This document shows positions 1 through 14,947 of a stretch of 64,000 nt of DNA, one piece after another. The notes beneath the pieces were generated by a model. The model was not told where the DNA came from. It saw only the letters and a list, made by a program, of their open reading frames with translations, and searched no databases. This DNA comes from Eledone cirrhosa (taxonomy: Eukaryota), in assembly GCA_964016885.1 (NCBI GenBank), contig OZ024754.1, forward strand, positions 23,498,001 through 23,562,000, read 5' to 3'. Numbering within the stretch: position 1 is the stretch's first letter; each line of letters starts with the position of its first letter. A program made the position numbers and the translations under genes.

Positions 1-346
1 ATATATCTAGGGAGTGTAACTTATTCTGCCTAGACAGAATATACGCATGTGCATGTATACAACGTCTTTGTCAGACTAAGAGTGTCTAGGTATGTATCTC
101 CCCATTGACTTGACTCCACCAACACATCCACCACACCACCATAAATACCATTACCATAAACAACAACACCACACCCACACCACACACAATAATCAGCCAC
201 AAATATATGCCAATCTATCTACAGACAATACACCACCGCCGAACATTTATTATAATGCTCGGTGTGTTTGTAAACAAACATCCCGAATTAAGCCGTACAG
301 TGTCTAGCAACCATCGTTGCTCATTTGTTCAACACTGACAAAGGAA

Positions 347-387
347 CGCTGTACTAGTTTCAAGCTTATTAGCTATCGTCAGCAACT
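347..387 (-). ncRNA. Degenerate copy of the CTAG minimal hammerhead
   Basis: Reverse complement keeps CTGACGA...GAAA-CTAG-TA but stem I is mismatched (AGTTG/CAGCG). Confidence 0.55.
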
Positions 388-576
388 TATACCTTCCTGC
401 CAGATGATTGAACGTCTGAAAGTATATACTTTCCTTATGCATATTAACGGCTGAGCAGCCTAATTTGCATATCGAGAGAATTAATCGGCCGGGGTACCGA
501 AAACGATAAACGTAAAAAATGAAACATAAGGAAAGTATATACTTTCAGACGTTTAGTCATCTGGCAGGAAGGTATA

Positions 577-617
577 CGATGCTGACGATAGCTAATACGC
601 TTGAAACTAGTACATCG
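577..617 (+). ncRNA. Minimal type I hammerhead ribozyme
   Basis: CGATG-CTGACGA-tAGC taatac GCTt-GAAA-CTAG-TA-CATCG: 5-bp stem I, canonical core, palindromic stem III typical of PLE minimal HHRs. Confidence 0.8.
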
Positions 618-912
618 TTCCTGTGTCAGTGTTGAACAAAAAGGTGACGTGGTTGCCTAAACACTGTACGGCGTAATTCGGGTTGTTTGTTTGTATTCAA
701 ACAAAAAAACCGAGCATTATAATAAATGTTCGGTAAACCGATACGTGCATATATATATGTGTGTGCATGTATGTATATATATACATACTACAGTACGTCT
801 GTATACATATATGTTTGTACGTATACATACATACATACTTACATTTAAGTAGGTGCCGTACTAAGAGTGAGAAATGAAATTTCGTTTCATTCTATTCACT
901 TTATCGTTTATG

Positions 913-991
<79 letters not shown>

Positions 992-1011
992 ATATATATA
1001 TATATATATGT

Positions 1012-1110
1012 ATGTATATATGTATATATAGTGTATTTTGCAATACACTGTCTGCTTAATTAAAAGCAGTTCGAAGACCTTATGCTATTGTTTTAGAGTA
1101 GTGACAGACT
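1012..1110 (-). repeat. Inverted partial satellite monomer at the array 5' edge
   Basis: Reverse complement of ~1136-1230 (agtctgtcactactctaaaacaatagcataaggtcttcg...aatacactatatatacat). Confidence 0.9.
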
Positions 1111-4100
1111 GTTTGCTGAAAATTAAAGTAAGTGAGTCTGTCACTACTCTAAAACAATAGCATAAGGTCTTCGAAATGCTTTTACTTAAGCATACAGTGT
1201 ATTGCAAAATACACTATATATACATTCATATATATATAGCTATTTCAGAGCACCAATTCTAATTTTCAATTTCTGCTTGACCGGCAACCGCTCTGTATAA
1301 TCAGTTCCTGATTATTTACTAGAATTCTATAAGAACCAAACATCCATGATTTCAGCAAACAGGAGGAGTAGTTGGCTTTGATAAGCATCAATAAATGCGA
1401 AACAAGGCCTTGTCAGCTTTATCTCGCCCTGTTTGCTGAAAATTCAAGTAAGTGAATCTGTCACTACTCTAAAACAAGAGCACAAGGTTTTCGAAATGCT
1501 TTTAATTAAGAATACAGTGTATTGCAAAATACACTATATATACATTCATATATATATATATATTTCAGAGCACCAATTCTAATTTTCAATTTCTGCTTGA
1601 CCGGCAACCGCTCTGTATAATCAGTTCCTGATTATTTACTAGAATTCTATAAGAACCAAACATCCATGATTTCAGCAAACAGGAGGAGTAGTTGGCTTTG
1701 ATAAGCATCAATAAATGCGAAACAAGGCCTTGTCAGCTTTATCTCGCCCTGTTTGCTGAAAATTCAAGTAAGTGAGTCTGTCACTACTCTAAAACAATAG
1801 CATAAGGTTTTCGAAATGCTTTTAATTAAGAATACAGTGTATTGCAAAATACACTATATATACATTCATATATATATATATATTTCAGAGCACCAATTCT
1901 AATTTTCAATTTCTGCTTGACCGGCAACCGCTCTGTATAATCAGTTCCTGATTATTTACTAGAATTCTATAAGAACCAAACATCCATGATTTCAGCAAAC
2001 AGGAGGAGTAGTTGGCTTTGATAAGCATCAATAAATGCGAAACAAGGCCTTGTCAGCTTTATCTCGCCCTGTTTGCTGAAAATTCAAGTAAGTGTATCTG
2101 TCACTACTCTAAAACAATAGCACAAGGTTTTCGAAATGCTTTTAATTTAGAATACAGTGTATTGCAAAATACACTATATATACATTCATATATATATAGC
2201 TATTTCAGAGCACCAATTCTAATTTTCAATTTCTGCTTGACCGGCAACCGCTCTGTATAATCAGTTCCTGATTATTTACTAGAATTATATAAGAACCAAA
2301 CATCCATGATTTCAGCAAACAGGAGGAGTAGTTGGCTTTGATAAGCATCAATAAATGCGAAACAAGGCCTTGTCAGCTTTATCTCCCCCCTGTTTGCTGA
2401 AAATTAAAGTAAGTGAGTCTGTCACTACTCTAAAACAATAGCATAAGGTTTTCGAAATGCTTTTAATTAAGAATACAGTGTATTGCAAAATACACTATAT
2501 ATACATTCATATATATATAGCTATTTCAGAGCACCAATTCTAATTTTCAATTTCTGCTTGACCGGCAACCGCTCTGTATAATCAGTTCCTGATTATTTAC
2601 TAGAATTCTATAAGAACCAAACATCCATGATTTCAGCAAACAGGAGAAGTAGTTGGCTTTGATAAGCATCAATAAATGCGAAACAAGGCCTTGTCAGCTT
2701 TATCTCCCCCCTGTTTGCTGAAAATTAAAGTAAGTGAGTCTGTCACTACTCTAAAACAATAGCATAAGGTTTTCGAAATGCTTTTAATTAAGAATACAGT
2801 GTATTGCAAAATACACTATATATACATTCATATATATATATATATTTCAGAGCACCAATTCTAATTTTCAATTTCTGCTTGACCGGCAACCGCTCTGTAT
2901 AATCAGTTCCTGATTATTTACTAGAATTCTATAAGAACCAAACATCCATGATTTCAGCAAACAGGAGGAGTAGTTGGCTTTGATAAGCATCAATAAATGC
3001 GAAACAAGGCCTTGTCAGCTTTATCTCGCCCTGTTTGCTGAAAATTCAAGTAAGTGTATCTGTCACTACTCTAAAACAATAGCACAAGGTTTTCGAAATG
3101 CTTTTAATTAAGAATACAGTGTATTGCAAAATACACTATATATACATTCATATATATATAGCTATTTCAGAGCACCAATTCTAATTTTCAATTTCTGCTT
3201 GACCGGCAACCGCTCTGTATAATCAGTTCCTGATTATTTACTAGAATTATATAAGAACCAAACATCCATGATTTCAGCAAACAGGAGGAGTAGTTGGCTT
3301 TGATAAGCATCAATAAATGCGAAACAAGGCCTTGTCAGCTTTATCTCCCCCCTGTTTGCTGAAAATTAAAGTAAGTGAGTCTGTCACTACTCTAAAACAA
3401 TAGCATAAGGTTTTCGAAATGCTTTTAATTAAGAATACAGTGTATTGCAAAATACACTATATATACATTCATATATATATAGCTATTTCAGAGCACCAAT
3501 TCTAATTTTCAATTTCTGCTTGACCGGCAACCGCTCTGTATAATCAGTTCCTGATTATTTACTAGAATTCTATAAGAACCAAACATCCATGATTTCAGCA
3601 AACAGGAGAAGTAGTTGGCTTTGATAAGCATCAATAAATGCGAAACAAGGCCTTGTCAGCTTTATCTCCCCCCTGTTTGCTGAAAATTAAAGTAAGTGAG
3701 TCTGTCACTACTCTAAAACAATAGCATAAGGTTTTCGAAATGCTTTTAATTAAGAATACAGTGTATTGCAAAATACACTATATATACATTCATATATATA
3801 TATATATTTCAGAGCACCAATTCTAATTTTCAATTTCTGCTTGACCGGCAACCGCTCTGTATAATCAGTTCCTGATTATTTACTAGAATTCTATAAGAAC
3901 CAAACATCCATGATTTCAGCAAACAGGAGGAGTAGTTGGCTTTGATAAGCATCAATAAATGCGAAACAAGGCCTTGTCAGCTTTATCTCGCCCTGTTTGC
4001 TGAAAATTCAAGTAAGTGTATCTTTCACTACTCTAAAACAATAGCACAAGGTTTTCGAAATGCTTTTAATTAAGAATACAGTGTATTGCAAAATACACTA

Positions 4101-7100
4101 TATATACATTCATATATATATAGCTATTTCAGAGCACCAATTCTAATTTTCAATTTCTGCTTGACCGGCAACCGCTCTGTATAATCAGTTCCTGATCATT
4201 TACTAGAATTCTATAAGAACCAAACATCCATGATTTCAGCAAACAGGAGGAGTAGTTGGCTTTGATAAGCATAAATAAATGCGAAACAAGGCCTTGTCAG
4301 CTTTATCTCGCCCTGTTTGCTGAAAATTCAAGTAAGTGAGTCTGTCACTACTCTAAAACAATAGCATAAGGTTTTCGAAATGCTTTTAATTAAGAATACA
4401 GTGTATTGCAAAATACACTATATATACATTCATATATATATATATATTTCAGAGCACCAATTCTAATTTTCAATTTCTGCTTGACCGGCAACCGTTCTGT
4501 ATAATCAGTTCCTGATTATTTACTAGAATTCTATAAGAACCAAACATCCATGATTTCAGCAAACAGGAGGAGTAGTTGGCTTTGATAAGCATCAATAAAT
4601 GCGAAACAAGGCCTTGTCAGCTTTATCTCGCCCTGTTTGCTGAAAATTCAAGTAAGTGTATCTGTCACTACTCTAAAACAATAGCACAAGGTTTTCGAAA
4701 TGCTTTTAATTAAGAATACAGTGTATTGCAAAATACACTATATATACATTCATATATATATATATATTTCAGAGCACCAATTCTAATTTTCAATTTCTGC
4801 TTGACCGGCAACCGCTCTGTATAATCAGTTCCTGATTATTTACTAGAATTCTATAAGAACCAAACATCCATGATTTCAGCAAACAGGAGGAGTAGTTGGC
4901 TTTGATAAGCATCAATAAATGCGAAACAAGGCCTTGTCAGCTTTATCTCGCCCTGTTTGCTGAAAATTCAAGTAAGTGTATCTGTCACTACTCTAAAACA
5001 ATAGCACAAGGTTTTCGAAATGCTTTTAATTAAGAATACAGTGTATTGCAAAATACACTATATATACATTCATATATATATAGCTATTTCAGAGCACCAA
5101 TTCTAATTTTCAATTTCTGCTTGACCGGCAACCGCTCTGTATAATCAGTTCCTGATTATTTACTAGAATTATATAAGAACCAAACATCCATGATTTCAGC
5201 AAACAGGAGGAGTAGTTGGCTTTGATAAGCATCAATAAATGCGAAACAAGGCCTTGTCAGCTTTATCTCCCCCCTGTTTGCTGAAAATTAAAGTAAGTGA
5301 GTCTGTCACTACTCTAAAACAATAGCATAAGGTTTTCGAAATGCTTTTAATTAAGAATACAGTGTATTGCAAAATACACTATATATACATTCATATATAT
5401 ATAGCTATTTCAGAGCACCAATTCTAATTTTCAATTTCTGCTTGACCGGCAACCGCTCTGTATAATCAGTTCCTGATTATTTACTAGAATTCTATAAGAA
5501 CCAAATATCCATGATTTCAGCAAACAGGAGGAGTAGTTGGCTTTGATAAGCATCAATAAATGCGAAACAAGGCCTTGTCAGCTTTATCTCCTCCCTGTTT
5601 GCTGAAAATTAAAGTAAGTGAGTCTGTCACTACTCTAAAACAATAGCATAAGGTTTTCGAAATGCTTTTAATTAAGAATACAGTGTATTGCAAAATACAC
5701 TATATATACATTCATATATATATATATATTTCAGAGCACCAATTCTAATTTTCAATTTCTGCTTGACCGGCAACCGCTCTGTATAATCAGTTCCTGATTA
5801 TTTACTAGAATTCTATAAGAACCAAATATCCATGATTTCAGCAAACAGGAGGAGTAGTTGGCTTTGATAAGCATCAATAAATGCGAAACAAGGCCTTGTC
5901 AGCTTTATCTCCTCCCTGTTTGCTGAAAATTAAAGTAAGTGAGTCTGTCACTACTCTAAAACAATAGCATAAGGTTTTCGAAATGCTTTTAATTAAGAAT
6001 ACAGTGTATTGCAAAATACACTATATATACATTCATATATATATAGCTATTTCAGAGCACCAATTCTAATTTTCAATTTCTGCTTGACCGGCAACCGCTC
6101 TGTATAATCAGTTCCTGATTATTTACTAGAATTCTATAAGAACCAAACATCCATGATTTCAGCAAACAGGAGAAGTAGTTGGCTTTGATAAGCATCAATA
6201 AATGCGAAACAAGGCCTTGTCAGCTTTATCTCCCCCCTGTTTGCTGAAAATTAAAGTAAGTGAGTCTGTCACTACTCTAAAACAATAGCATAAGGTTTTC
6301 GAAATGCTTTTAATTAAGAATACAGTGTATTGCAAAATACACTATATATACATTCATATATATATATATATTTCAGAGCACCAATTCTAATTTTCAATTT
6401 CTGCTTGACCGGCAACCGCTCTGTATAATCAGTTCCTGATTATTTACTAGAATTCTATAAGAACCAAACATCCATGATTTCAGCAAACAGGAGGAGTAGT
6501 TGGCTTTGATAAGCATCAATAAATGCGAAACAAGGCCTTGTCAGCTTTATCTCGCCCTGTTTGCTGAAAATTCAAGTAAGTGTATCTTTCACTACTCTAA
6601 AACAATAGCACAAGGTTTTCGAAATGCTTTTAATTAAGAATACAGTGTATTGCAAAATACACTATATATACATTCATATATATATATATATTTCAGAGCA
6701 CCAATTCTAATTTTCAATTTCTGCTTGACCGGCAACCGCTCTGTATAATCAGTTCCTGATTATTTACTAGAATTCTATAAGAACCAAACATCCATGATTT
6801 CAGCAAACAGGAGGAGTAGTTGGCTTTGATAAGCATCAATAAATGCGAAACAAGGCCTTGTCAGCTTTATCTCGCCCTGTTTGCTGAAAATTCAAGTAAG
6901 TGTATCTGTCACTACTCTAAAACAATAGCACAAGGTTTTCGAAATGCTTTTAATTAAGAATACAGTGTATTGCAAAATACACTATATATACATTCATATA
7001 TATATAGCTATTTCAGAGCACCAATTCTAATTTTCAATTTCTGCTTGACCGGCAACCGCTCTGTATAATCAGTTCCTGATTATTTACTAGAATTATATAA

Positions 7101-10100
7101 GAACCAAACATCCATGATTTCAGCAAACAGGAGGAGTAGTTGGCTTTGATAAGCATCAATAAATGCGAAACAAGGCCTTGTCAGCTTTATCTCCCCCCTG
7201 TTTGCTGAAAATTAAAGTAAGTGAGTCTGTCACTACTCTAAAACAATAGCATAAGGTTTTCGAAATGCTTTTAATTAAGAATACAGTGTATTGCAAAATA
7301 CACTATATATACATTCATATATATATAGCTATTTCAGAGCACCAATTCTAATTTTCAATTTCTGCTTGACCGGCAACCGCTCTGTATAATCAGTTCCTGA
7401 TTATTTACTAGAATTCTATAAGAACCAAACATCCATGATTTCAGCAAACAGGAGAAGTAGTTGGCTTTGATAAGCATCAATAAATGCGAAACAAGGCCTT
7501 GTCAGCTTTATCTCCCCCCTGTTTGCTGAAAATTAAAGTAAGTGAGTCTGTCACTACTCTAAAACAATAGCATAAGGTTTTCGAAATGCTTTTAATTAAG
7601 AATACAGTGTATTGCAAAATACACTATATATACATTCATATATATATATATATTTCAGAGCACCAATTCTAATTTTCAATTTCTGCTTGACCGGCAACCG
7701 CTCTGTATAATCAGTTCCTGATTATTTACTAGAATTCTATAAGAACCAAACATCCATGATTTCAGCAAACAGGAGGAGTAGTTGGCTTTGATAAGCATCA
7801 ATAAATGCGAAACAAGGCCTTGTCAGCTTTATCTCGCCCTGTTTGCTGAAAATTCAAGTAAGTGTATCTTTCACTACTCTAAAACAATAGCACAAGGTTT
7901 TCGAAATGCTTTTAATTAAGAATACAGTGTATTGCAAAATACACTATATATACATTCATATATATATAGCTATTTCAGAGCACCAATTCTAATTTTCAAT
8001 TTCTGCTTGACCGGCAACCGCTCTGTATAATCAGTTCCTGATCATTTACTAGAATTCTATAAGAACCAAACATCCATGATTTCAGCAAACAGGAGGAGTA
8101 GTTGGCTTTGATAAGCATAAATAAATGCGAAACAAGGCCTTGTCAGCTTTATCTCGCCCTGTTTGCTGAAAATTCAAGTAAGTGAGTCTGTCACTACTCT
8201 AAAACAATAGCATAAGGTTTTCGAAATGCTTTTAATTAAGAATACAGTGTATTGCAAAATACACTATATATACATTCATATATATATATATATTTCAGAG
8301 CACCAATTCTAATTTTCAATTTCTGCTTGACCGGCAACCGTTCTGTATAATCAGTTCCTGATTATTTACTAGAATTCTATAAGAACCAAACATCCATGAT
8401 TTCAGCAAACAGGAGGAGTAGTTGGCTTTGATAAGCATCAATAAATGCGAAACAAGGCCTTGTCAGCTTTATCTCGCCCTGTTTGCTGAAAATTCAAGTA
8501 AGTGTATCTGTCACTACTCTAAAACAATAGCACAAGGTTTTCGAAATGCTTTTAATTAAGAATACAGTGTATTGCAAAATACACTATATATACATTCATA
8601 TATATATATATATTTCAGAGCACCAATTCTAATTTTCAATTTCTGCTTGACCGGCAACCGCTCTGTATAATCAGTTCCTGATTATTTACTAGAATTCTAT
8701 AAGAACCAAACATCCATGATTTCAGCAAACAGGAGGAGTAGTTGGCTTTGATAAGCATCAATAAATGCGAAACAAGGCCTTGTCAGCTTTATCTCGCCCT
8801 GTTTGCTGAAAATTCAAGTAAGTGTATCTGTCACTACTCTAAAACAATAGCACAAGGTTTTCGAAATGCTTTTAATTAAGAATACAGTGTATTGCAAAAT
8901 ACACTATATATACATTCATATATATATAGCTATTTCAGAGCACCAATTCTAATTTTCAATTTCTGCTTGACCGGCAACCGCTCTGTATAATCAGTTCCTG
9001 ATTATTTACTAGAATTATATAAGAACCAAACATCCATGATTTCAGCAAACAGGAGGAGTAGTTGGCTTTGATAAGCATCAATAAATGCGAAACAAGGCCT
9101 TGTCAGCTTTATCTCCCCCCTGTTTGCTGAAAATTAAAGTAAGTGAGTCTGTCACTACTCTAAAACAATAGCATAAGGTTTTCGAAATGCTTTTAATTAA
9201 GAATACAGTGTATTGCAAAATACACTATATATACATTCATATATATATAGCTATTTCAGAGCACCAATTCTAATTTTCAATTTCTGCTTGACCGGCAACC
9301 GCTCTGTATAATCAGTTCCTGATTATTTACTAGAATTCTATAAGAACCAAATATCCATGATTTCAGCAAACAGGAGGAGTAGTTGGCTTTGATAAGCATC
9401 AATAAATGCGAAACAAGGCCTTGTCAGCTTTATCTCCTCCCTGTTTGCTGAAAATTCAAGTAAGTGAGTCTGTCACTACTCTAAAACAATAGCATAAGGT
9501 TTTCGAAATGCTTTTAATTAAGAATACAGTGTATTGCAAAATACACTATATATACATTCATATATATATATATATTTCAGAGCACCAATTCTAATTTTCA
9601 ATTTCTGCTTGACCGGCAACCGCTCTGTATAATCAGTTCCTGATTATTTACTAGAATTCTATAAGAACCAAATATCCATGATTTCAGCAAACAGGAGGAG
9701 TAGTTGGCTTTGATAAGCATCAATAAATGCGAAACAAGGCCTTGTCAGCTTTATCTCCTCCCTGTTTGCTGAAAATTAAAGTAAGTGAGTCTGTCACTAC
9801 TCTAAAACAATAGCATAAGGTTTTCGAAATGCTTTTAATTAAGAATACAGTGTATTGCAAAATACACTATATATACATTCATATATATATAGCTATTTCA
9901 GAGCACCAATTCTAATTTTCAATTTCTGCTTGACCGGCAACCGCTCTGTATAATCAGCTTCTGATTATTTACTAGAATTCTATAAGAACCAAACATCCGT
10001 GATTTCAGCAAACAGGAGGAGTAGTTGGCTTTGATAAGCATCAATAAATGCGAAACAAGGCCTTGTCATCTTTATCTCGCCCTGTTTGCTGAAAATTAAA

Positions 10101-10232
10101 GTAAGTGAATCTGTCACTACTCTAAAACAATAGCAAAAGGTCTTCGAAATGCTTTTAATTAAGCATACAATGTATTGCAAAATACACTATATATACATTC
10201 ATATATATATAACTATTTCAGAACACCAATTC

Positions 10233-10238
<6 letters not shown>
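1111..10238 (+). repeat. Tandem satellite of ~28.5 near-identical 320/321-bp monomers, each with a hammerhead ribozyme motif (retrozyme-like)
   Basis: The motif ggctttgataagcat recurs at 1374, 1694, 2014, 2334, 2655 ... 9706, 10027 (28 copies). Only a few diagnostic substitutions and one 1-nt indel differ between units. Confidence 0.97.
1374..1418 (+). ncRNA. Type I hammerhead ribozyme with U3:A8 core (first of 28 copies; last at 10027-10071)
   Basis: GGCT-TTGATAA-GCAT caataa ATGC-GAAA-CAAGGCCTTG-TC-AGCT. Predicted cleavage after GUC at 1414. Stem I is extended by TTTCAGCAAACAGG (1350-1363) pairing with CCTGTTTGCTGAAA (1428-1441). Confidence 0.85.
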
Positions 10239-10282
<44 letters not shown>

Positions 10283-10284
<2 letters not shown>

Positions 10285-10534
10285 TACACGGGTGTGTATG
10301 ATTGTCTATAGAAGATTATATTAATAAAAGGAATTCCAACTGTCAGTTGAAAATTGCAAACTTGACTGTCACCACACATTATGAACCTGAAGATTGCGAA
10401 AGCATGAAAGTACTTGTTCAATTAACACTTAACATTTAATATTCTACCATACTATTTCATTCTAATACCATTATAAATTTTAAATGATGGTAAATAAAAC
10501 GAGTAAATCAGACAAAGTTGGAATTCCTTTTATT

Positions 10535-10540
<6 letters not shown>
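10283..10540 (+). mobile_element. Solo pseudo-LTR fragment of the Neptune-like PLE, with short inverted end
   Basis: Matches 26326-26556 and 37135-37566. The end of the 10283-10340 segment is inverted relative to 10517-10540. Confidence 0.75.
10382..10420 (+). ncRNA. Minimal type I hammerhead ribozyme (GTAC family)
   Basis: TGAAC-CTGAAGA-tTGC gaaa GCAt-GAAA-GTAC-TT-GTTCA. Confidence 0.8.
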
Positions 10541-10581
<41 letters not shown>

Positions 10582-10630
10582 ATATATGTATGTATATATA
10601 TTTGTATATGTATGTATATATATATTTGTA

Positions 10631-10697
<67 letters not shown>

Positions 10698-10714
10698 TAA
10701 AATAACAGATTAAA

Positions 10715-10763
10715 GTTTAAGCAAAGAATCGCTGCTTTCACCCTTAACGGGATCTTCTGAAAC
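10715..10763 (-). ncRNA. Hammerhead-like motif with CAGAAGA core
   Basis: GTTT-CAGAAGA-tCCC gttaa GGGt-GAAA-GCA gcgattctt TGC-TT-AAAC. Copies at 29683-29731 (-) and 60285-60333 (+). Confidence 0.55.
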
Positions 10764-10791
10764 TAACAAAGTCAATCTGTAAACGCAGATG

Positions 10792-10822
<31 letters not shown>

Positions 10823-10937
10823 TTCGTTTACAAATATATTAATATAGATATATTGCTCTTGGTATGACAGTATGGATTTAGCTCAATGTAATGTATATAT
10901 GTATGTATATATATATATATATATATGTATGTGTATC

Positions 10938-11490
10938 ATGGTCGGGTCGTTGGCGACTAAACTGGCAACCCCACCAAGGTTTCTTGGTGAGGAGGGTGAC
11001 TTTGGACATCCTGCAGGACTAAAAACAAAACCTGTCAAATGGCAAAGGAGCTCTTAAGAGTCAATGGCCATCCAAAATCACCGGGAGAGATGACCCCTTA
11101 GCCTTTGTCAAGGCAGAATTCTAGGAGAAGGAAAACTCTGATATAACACCTGCAACTCTGATGGTATCCAATGATGTTGACTTGTTCTTCTTTTTGGTAA
11201 ATATCATCTTGGTTAAGAGAGTGGGACTGGCTTTGTGCAGTGCCTTTGCTCACTATAAAAGCTTCACGGCACAGGTATTGCTTTATATCTGGAGATCTCT
11301 CTGCACTTGTCGTCACATGGTACCAAGGGCCCAGCACTATGTGTCAATAATTGTCACAGGTGTAGTGTTTGTACCAGAGTTTTCAAGTTGCTGGCTGGAC
11401 TAAAAAGTCACACTCGTTCAGCGCATCGATAGTTCTCCTACATGGATATAAAGTAGTAGCCGTACTCGAAAACGAGTTGGCAGCCACCAT
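10938..11490 (+). mobile_element. Non-coding dispersed repeat resembling RTE-clade 5' UTR-derived elements
   Basis: Diverged second copy at 13856-14391. Contains ctaggagaaggaaaactctg, recalled from RTE 5' regions. Flanked by TA/TG microsatellite. Confidence 0.55.
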
Positions 11491-11509
11491 ATGTATGTAT
11501 GTATATATA

Positions 11510-13470
<1,961 letters not shown>

Positions 13471-13692
13471 ATATATATGTATGTATATATATATCTGTAT
13501 ATATGTATATATATATATGTATATATACGTATATATATATATATATGTATGTATATATATATGTGTATATATGTATGTATATATATATATGTATGTATAT
13601 GTATATATATATGTACGTATATATAATATGTATATATATATATATGTATGTATATATATGTATATATATATATGTATATGTATATATGTATG

Positions 13693-13723
<31 letters not shown>

Positions 13724-13855
13724 ATGTATATGTATATATGTATGTATATGTATATATGTATATGTATTTATGTATGTATGTATATATATATATGTATGTA
13801 TATATATATATATGTATATATATGTATATATATGTATATATGTATGTATATCTAT

Positions 13856-14391
13856 GTCGGGTCTCTCTTGAGTTCTACTGGTAACATGTAACCCAGCACA
13901 ACCTGTCGCATGGCCGGGTCGTCGGCGACTTAAACGGCAACCCCACCAAGTTTACTTGGTGAGGAGGATGATTTTGGACACCCTGCAGAACAAAAAACAA
14001 AACCTGACAAAGGGCGGAAGAACTCATAAGAGTCAACGGCCATCCAAATGTGTGTAAATATGTATATACACATGTACCGCGCGGTTAAACCACTGGGAGT
14101 GAAGGACCCCTAGCCTTTGTCAGGGCAATCTTCTAGGAGAAGGCAACTCAGGAAACTGGGATAACTCCGATATAAAACGTGCGGCTCAGTAGTTACCGAT
14201 GATGTTGATCTTTTCTTCTTTTCGGGTTTTAGCTACTGTCTCTCAGAGAGTGGGATTGGCTCAGTGCACAGTCTTTCCTCACTTTAAAAAATATTTTCAC
14301 TCACAGGCATTGATGATAAAATTAGTTAATAATTATTAATAATGTTATATCGTTCAATGGCCATACTCGATAACGAGGGGACAACTATCAT
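13856..14391 (+). mobile_element. Second diverged copy of the RTE-like non-coding repeat
   Basis: ggcaaccccaccaag...aaaaacaaaacctg...gacccctagcctttgtca...ctaggagaagg shared with 10938-11490. Confidence 0.55.
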
Positions 14392-14493
14392 ATATGTATA
14401 TGTATGTATATATGTATATGTATGTATATATGTATATGTATATATGTATATGTATATGTATATATGTGTGGTATACATGTATGTGTATATATG

Positions 14494-14586
<93 letters not shown>

Positions 14587-14947
14587 GTATATGTATATGT
14601 ATGTATATATATATATGTATGTATATATATAATGAAAATTCCAGATATTTAGGTATGGCTATCTTTATTTATTCTTTATATGAAATATTGATTGCATTTT
14701 CCTGTATCTCATGTCTGTTATTTTGCCTGAGAAAATACCTCTATGTATGTATAAATAATGCGTACATATATTTATTATATTTTTTTAATATCTCTATGTG
14801 TGTATAGATAGTACATACATATATTTATTTTTTTAATATCTAATTGAGTTCTTAAACACGTGGTTAAAATACCTAACAGGCTTCAATGACCTGCGTGTAT
14901 ATTATTTTATATTTTACGATGACCTCCCCTTCCCTTTTGGGGACAGT

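Larger units (their letters stand above)
240..735. repeat. Inverted repeat of a PLE-type pseudo-LTR (arms ~240-440 and ~528-735)
   Basis: ccgaacatttattataatgctcgg...gaaagtatatactttccttatg is reverse-complemented at 528-735. The same sequence recurs at 30568-31080. Each arm carries an HHR motif. Confidence 0.85.

Noticed and set aside
1228-1305. Second, antisense hammerhead in the satellite monomer (AGAGC/GCTCT-GAAA-TAGCTA-TA on minus)
   Set aside because: The upstream half reads CTGATTATAC rather than CUGANGA abutting stem II, and there is no stem I. At best a decayed remnant or chance hairpin.
1111-10238. CRISPR-like array or coding tandem repeat
   Set aside because: There are no unique spacers, units are 320 bp and near-identical, and the context is eukaryotic. 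The short ORFs (2012, 9980) appear only where a substitution removes a stop.
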